A stretch of DNA of 11,050 bases from assembly GCA_964457525.1 (NCBI GenBank), contig CAYWGS010000049.1:1-11050 (forward strand), read 5' to 3'. The notes beneath the pieces were generated by a model, which did no database searches, had not been told where the DNA came from, and worked only from the letters and a program-made list of their open reading frames with translations. Of this stretch, positions 7,824 to 11,050 are shown piece after piece. The translations under genes and the position numbers were made by a program. How positions within the stretch are numbered: the stretch's first letter is position 1; the number at the start of each line of letters is the position of its first letter. Source of the stretch: an uncultured Erysipelotrichaceae bacterium (GTDB taxonomy: Bacteria > Bacillota_I > Bacilli_A > Erysipelotrichales > Erysipelotrichaceae).

Positions 7824-7831
7824 GTTTGCTC

Positions 7832-8458
7832 CTAAGAAATCGAATTCGTTTCAAATACTAATTCTTGTATCATTGATACAACATCAACAGCTTTAATATT
7901 AACCCCTTTAGGGACTTGAATATGCTCATGCGTAAAATCTACTATACCCTTGATACCAACTTCAATTAAGAGATTAACTGTCTCTTGAACATCTTTTGAA
8001 ACCGTGAGGATCGCAATACGGCATCCTTCTGGAATACGCTCCTTAATCTCACTTAAAGGATAAACTGGAATCTCATACATCGCGCCAGTTTTATTTGGTT
8101 CGATATCAAACGCACATACAATCTCACCCACAACATGATTCCAACGATTATAATTCATCAAAGCACGACCTAAATTACCCGCACCTACAATGATTAATTT
8201 CTCTTCAAATTTACCACCTAAGTGACGTTCAAAAACATCAATTAGCGCTTTTACATCATAACCATATCCTTGTTTACCTAGTGAACCTAAAAATGAGAAG
8301 TCTCTACGAATTGTAGTTGGTTCAATATCGACAAACTCAGAAAGTTCACGCGACATGATTCTTTGCACACCTAAATTATCTAATTTACGTAATGCCTTTA
8401 AATATACAGGAAACCTTTGTAAGGTTGCCTTCGGTACCATTTGCTTTAAACTGTTCAT
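7832..8458 (-). CDS. rex: Redox-sensing transcriptional repressor Rex
   Basis: The N-terminal winged helix is typical of Rex ([16 protein letters not shown]...[34 protein letters not shown]). It is followed by a Rossmann NAD(H)-binding fold ([15 protein letters not shown]). At 208 aa the length is typical. The RBS is AAGGTGG, 7 nt before the ATG. Confidence 0.93.
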   Translation of the reverse strand: MNSLKQMVPKATLQRFPVYLKALRKLDNLGVQRIMSRELSEFVDIEPTTIRRDFSFLGSLGKQGYGYDVKALIDVFERHLGGKFEEKLIIVGAGNLGRALMNYNRWNHVVGEIVCAFDIEPNKTGAMYEIPVYPLSEIKERIPEGCRIAILTVSKDVQETVNLLIEVGIKGIVDFTHEHIQVPKGVNIKAVDVVSMIQELVFETNSIS

Positions 8459-8477
8459 TTTCTTACCACCTTACACT

Positions 8478-8506
8478 ATTCTAACATATGTGTTTATCTT
8501 TGTGAA
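8478..8506 (-). promoter_or_regulatory. Sigma-A type promoter of rex (and probably the downstream four genes)
   Basis: Read on the minus strand: -35 TTCACA (8506..8501), an exact 17-nt spacer, then the extended -10 TGTTAGAAT (8486..8478), about 20 nt upstream of the rex ATG. The -35 lies inside the Rex box. Confidence 0.6.
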
Positions 8507-8517
8507 TATTTTCATAA
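8500..8517. promoter_or_regulatory. Rex operator (ROP box)
   Basis: TTGTGAATATTTTCATAA compared with the Gram-positive Rex consensus TTGTGAA-W4-TTCACAA matches 13 of 14 specified positions and has an all-A/T 4-nt spacer. It lies in the 62-nt tsaD-rex gap, overlaps the -35 of the rex promoter, and is the only such site I found in the window. Confidence 0.72.
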
Positions 8518-8520
8518 TCT

Positions 8521-9510
8521 TCACGCATAATCTAATCCTGGATTTGCACTAATATCTAAATCTCCTCTAACACCATGTTTGTATGCAATATAAGCAACCG
8601 CTCCAATCATAGCCGCATTATCTGTACAACACCACATTGGTGGAATCGTAATCTTCAAATTAGGTAGATTGATTTTAAGTTCATTTACTCTATCTCTTAA
8701 TCGAGAGTTTGCCGCAACACCACCAGCCAAGACAAAATGCTTAACATTATGTTGAGTTAATGCTAGTTTAGTCTTCTCCATGATTTCATTTAATGCGGCT
8801 TCTTGAAATGCATAAGCTAGATCTTCTTTAATAATTTCTTCTTTATTCTTTTGTATTAATTGCAGAACAGCTGACTTAAGTCCACTAAAACTAAAGTCGA
8901 GAGGATTCTGAGTCTTAACCTTTGGCAATTTATAATTCTTTTTGCCTAACTTAGCAAGTTGATCTATATGAGGACCACCAGGATATGGGAGTCCCATAAC
9001 ACGAGCTACTTTATCATACGCTTCACCAATCGCATCATCTTGTGTTGAACCAAGTATTTCAAACTTAAACTCTTCTTCTAATAATACGAGTTCTGTATGT
9101 CCACCTGAAACAACTAATGCTAAGAGTGGATATTGAAGATCATCCACAAATTGATTTGCATATATATGCCCTGTAATGTGATGAATTGGAATCAGAGGTT
9201 TATCGTAATACCAAGCGAGTGTTTTAGCCGCAATAAGTCCTACATGTAAAGAACCAATTAATCCCGGACCTTGTGTAATCGCAAATGCATCAATTTCTTC
9301 AATGGTTAAATTTGCCACTTTAATTGCTTCTTCTAAAACGATTGAAATATTTTCAATATGAATACGAGAGGCAACTTCAGGAATTACTCCACCGAAAGCT
9401 GCATGTGTATTAATTTGAGAGGATACAATATTGCTTAAAACAGTTCGACCATCTTCAATAATCGCAACAGCTGTTTCATCACAGGATGTTTCAATTGCAC
9501 AAATTCTCAT
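8521..9510 (-). CDS. tsaD: tRNA N6-adenosine threonylcarbamoyltransferase TsaD (Kae1/YgjD family)
   Basis: It has the signature N-terminus MRICAIETSCDETAVAI. Also present are the metal-binding HHITGHIYA, VSGGHTEL, PYPGGPHID, LAGGVAANSRLR and CTDNAAMIG. The RBS GGAGA lies in the rimI 3' end (GGAGATTAAGATG). Confidence 0.95.
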   Translation of the reverse strand: MRICAIETSCDETAVAIIEDGRTVLSNIVSSQINTHAAFGGVIPEVASRIHIENISIVLEEAIKVANLTIEEIDAFAITQGPGLIGSLHVGLIAAKTLAWYYDKPLIPIHHITGHIYANQFVDDLQYPLLALVVSGGHTELVLLEEEFKFEILGSTQDDAIGEAYDKVARVMGLPYPGGPHIDQLAKLGKKNYKLPKVKTQNPLDFSFSGLKSAVLQLIQKNKEEIIKEDLAYAFQEAALNEIMEKTKLALTQHNVKHFVLAGGVAANSRLRDRVNELKINLPNLKITIPPMWCCTDNAAMIGAVAYIAYKHGVRGDLDISANPGLDYA

Positions 9511-9511
9511 C

Positions 9512-9955
9512 TTAATCTCCTTTATAATTCTTCACCATCAAGTATGCATCTTCATGATTATCTTGATAGTAATCTTTACGTAAACCCTTTTTAATAAAAC
9601 CATACTTCTCATATAGACTTATCGCAACTTCATTGCTTACCCTTACTTCTAATGTGCTTTCTTCAATTTGATTGTCTAGACATAACTTATCAAGATACGT
9701 CATCAGTATCTTAGATAAGCCTATACCTTTATAGTCTGGATGTACCGCAATCGTTGTAATTTGTGCACGTTCATAAATAAGCCATACGCCTAAATATGCT
9801 TTGATACTTTTTTCTTCTTCAAAAACAAAGTAAAGCGCGTAAGGATTTGATTGTAATTCAATTTCAAAGTCTTCTTTACTCCAAGGATGAGAAAAAGCAA
9901 TATTTTCGATTTTGCAAACTTGATCTAAATCATCAAGTTTCATTGCTCTAATCAT
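9512..9955 (-). CDS. rimI: Ribosomal-protein-alanine N-acetyltransferase RimI (GNAT)
   Basis: This is a 147-aa GNAT fold (ITTIAVHPDYKGIGLSKILM acetyl-CoA motif A region; ISLYEKYGF). It occupies the conserved position between tsaB and tsaD. Its start overlaps the tsaB stop (ATGA at 9952..9955). Confidence 0.85.
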   Translation of the reverse strand: MIRAMKLDDLDQVCKIENIAFSHPWSKEDFEIELQSNPYALYFVFEEEKSIKAYLGVWLIYERAQITTIAVHPDYKGIGLSKILMTYLDKLCLDNQIEESTLEVRVSNEVAISLYEKYGFIKKGLRKDYYQDNHEDAYLMVKNYKGD

Positions 9956-10548
9956 GGTTGATACGCCTCATTTTCTTTTAAATAACGCGGTACGAGTGCA
10001 TGGATATTATCAACCTTCTTCCAATATCCTTCTAAGTCCATAAAGTGTTTTGTATAGTCTGGATAGTACTTATCTTTATTGACTAAATTCCCGTCACCAA
10101 TAATGTTTAAGGTTGAAACATCTAGATCATCAAAATCACTTAACAAGACAATTCTTTCATTAATGAGAGGAATTCCTTCATGAAAGTGTGCATAATATGC
10201 TCTTTTTGCACGTGCATCTAATAACACATGTACATTCTTTTCTAACCCTGCAAGAACATGTAAAGATGATAAGGTATACACTTCAACATGTGCTAAAGCA
10301 CCTAGAACTTTCGCAACAGTCATACCAATTCTTAAGCCAGTATAACTACCTGGTCCATCGGTAAGAACAATTCTATTGAGTTCAGTAGATTTAATTTGAG
10401 CACTTTCAAATAGTGCTTTAATTTCAACTAAAATCGATTCAGATTGTTGCTTAAAAGCTTCCTTTTGGACTGATTTTATTATCTCTCTATCTCGATATAG
10501 AACGAGTGTTAAATAATGAAATGATGTGTCAATCGCAAGTGTAATCAT
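9952..10548 (-). CDS. tsaB: tRNA threonylcarbamoyladenosine biosynthesis protein TsaB (YeaZ)
   Basis: The N-terminus LAIDTS and GPGSYTGLRIG motifs are typical of YeaZ/TsaB. There is an ATGA overlap with tsaE at 10545..10548. The gene sits in the conserved operon context. Confidence 0.9.
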   Translation of the reverse strand: MITLAIDTSFHYLTLVLYRDREIIKSVQKEAFKQQSESILVEIKALFESAQIKSTELNRIVLTDGPGSYTGLRIGMTVAKVLGALAHVEVYTLSSLHVLAGLEKNVHVLLDARAKRAYYAHFHEGIPLINERIVLLSDFDDLDVSTLNIIGDGNLVNKDKYYPDYTKHFMDLEGYWKKVDNIHALVPRYLKENEAYQP

Positions 10549-10994
10549 ACTAATTCCCCTATTAAGTTCTCATATTTTTGTCCGATTGGTTTGAACACCA
10601 ATTGACGTTTATTCTTACTTACTCTCTTAATTTTAATTCTTAGGTATTCCTCAGGAAATATTTCCTCTAAAAAATCAGGCCATTCAATAACAGTTACTCC
10701 ATCAGAGTCGATTAGTTCTTCAAAGCCTAAATCTTGATGCAGCGATTCTAATCGATAAGCATCAATGTGATTTAGCGCTAACCTACCCATATAGTTTTTC
10801 ATAATCGTAAATGTAGGACTTGATATTGTCTTCTTAATCTCAAGACCTTTTGCAAGTCCCTGAGTAAAGGTAGTTTTACCAGAACCTAAATCACCATCTA
10901 ACAAAATAAGTACAGGTTGATCGATTAAAAGACCTAACTTGTAGGCGATTTCTTGTGTTTCTGCATAACTGTTTGTAGTAAATACTTTTTCCAT
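10545..10994 (-). CDS. tsaE: tRNA threonylcarbamoyladenosine biosynthesis ATPase TsaE (YjeE)
   Basis: The protein is 149 aa. It has the Walker A GDLGSGKTTFTQG, SPTFTI, HIDAYRL and the C-terminal IEWPD motif characteristic of YjeE/TsaE. The RBS AGAGGA lies upstream of the ATG at 10994. Confidence 0.92.
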   Translation of the reverse strand: MEKVFTTNSYAETQEIAYKLGLLIDQPVLILLDGDLGSGKTTFTQGLAKGLEIKKTISSPTFTIMKNYMGRLALNHIDAYRLESLHQDLGFEELIDSDGVTVIEWPDFLEEIFPEEYLRIKIKRVSKNKRQLVFKPIGQKYENLIGELV

Positions 10995-11012
10995 ACAATC
11001 CTCTAGGTGTCA

Positions 11013-11021
11013 ATTATACCA
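11013..11021 (-). promoter_or_regulatory. Extended -10 promoter element for the tsaE-tsaB-rimI-tsaD operon
   Basis: The minus strand reads TGGTATAAT (TGnTATAAT) 18 nt upstream of the tsaE ATG. The hexamer 17 nt further upstream (TTCTTT) is a poor -35, which an extended -10 can tolerate. Confidence 0.5.
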
Positions 11022-11050
11022 CAGAATAAAAGACGAAAGAAAAGCTCCCT

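Noticed and set aside
7824-7831. Looked for a T-box or other leader upstream of asnS
   Set aside because: Only 8 nt separate rex and asnS, so there is no room for a riboswitch or T-box leader. asnS must be expressed from the rex transcript or from a promoter inside rex.
8503-8516. cre-like (CcpA) reading of the minus-strand TGAAAATATTCACA, which overlaps the Rex box
   Set aside because: It matches the outer positions of TGWAANCGNTNWCA but lacks the central CG, which is the most conserved part. The Rex consensus explains the sequence much better.
8355-8552. Plus-strand 65-aa ORF spanning the rex 5' end, the intergenic region and the tsaD 3' end
   Set aside because: It overlaps two confident genes and the promoter/operator region on the opposite strand. 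I saw no RBS, and the hydrophobic translation is explained by AT-rich antisense sequence.
11036-11050. On the minus strand, AGGGAGC followed by a T-rich run at the window edge; possibly the 3' half of an upstream terminator hairpin
   Set aside because: The complementary arm would lie outside the window, so this cannot be evaluated and I do not report it as a feature.
1-11050. Searched for CRISPR repeats, tRNA/rRNA-like segments, IS/transposase or integrase genes, long direct or inverted repeats, and defence, toxin-antitoxin or biosynthetic gene content
   Set aside because: I found none by eye. Coding density is very high, all long ORFs have housekeeping or transporter assignments, and the three intergenic regions are explained by promoters, one operator and one terminator. 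A computational repeat and HMM scan would be needed for a definitive negative.

Overview
This is an AT-rich, Bacillota-type chromosomal window in which every credible gene lies on the minus strand. TGA is used as a stop and TGG encodes Trp, so the standard bacterial code applies rather than the mycoplasma code. I read three transcription units. (1) tsaE-tsaB-rimI-tsaD (10994 to 8521) is the t6A tRNA-modification operon. Its genes are tightly coupled by ATGA overlaps and it sits behind an extended -10 promoter at 11013..11021. (2) A compact five-gene unit (8458 to 2004) runs rex, asnS, a membrane-anchored divergent Amidase_3-like protein, an ABC-F ATPase and a PPi-type 6-phosphofructokinase. 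It starts at a promoter whose -35 is covered by a near-consensus Rex operator (8500..8517) and ends at the only clear intrinsic terminator in the window (about 1964..1996). (3) Two translationally coupled ABC exporter half-transporter genes follow (1840 to the window edge), the second truncated by the edge. The adjacency of the tsa genes, an ABC-F gene and rex recalls the Bacillus subtilis ydiB-ydiH locus, so this is core housekeeping context. I see no CRISPR array, RNA gene, mobile element or recognisable defence, toxin or biosynthetic module, and I do not claim a new system. The points most worth a second look are: the predicted Rex autoregulated operon that puts a PPi-PFK, AsnRS and an ABC-F factor under NADH/NAD+ control; the amidase-like protein, which appears to have lost one zinc-ligand His and carries an unassignable ectodomain; and a helical-turn-spaced repeat upstream of the ABC exporter pair.
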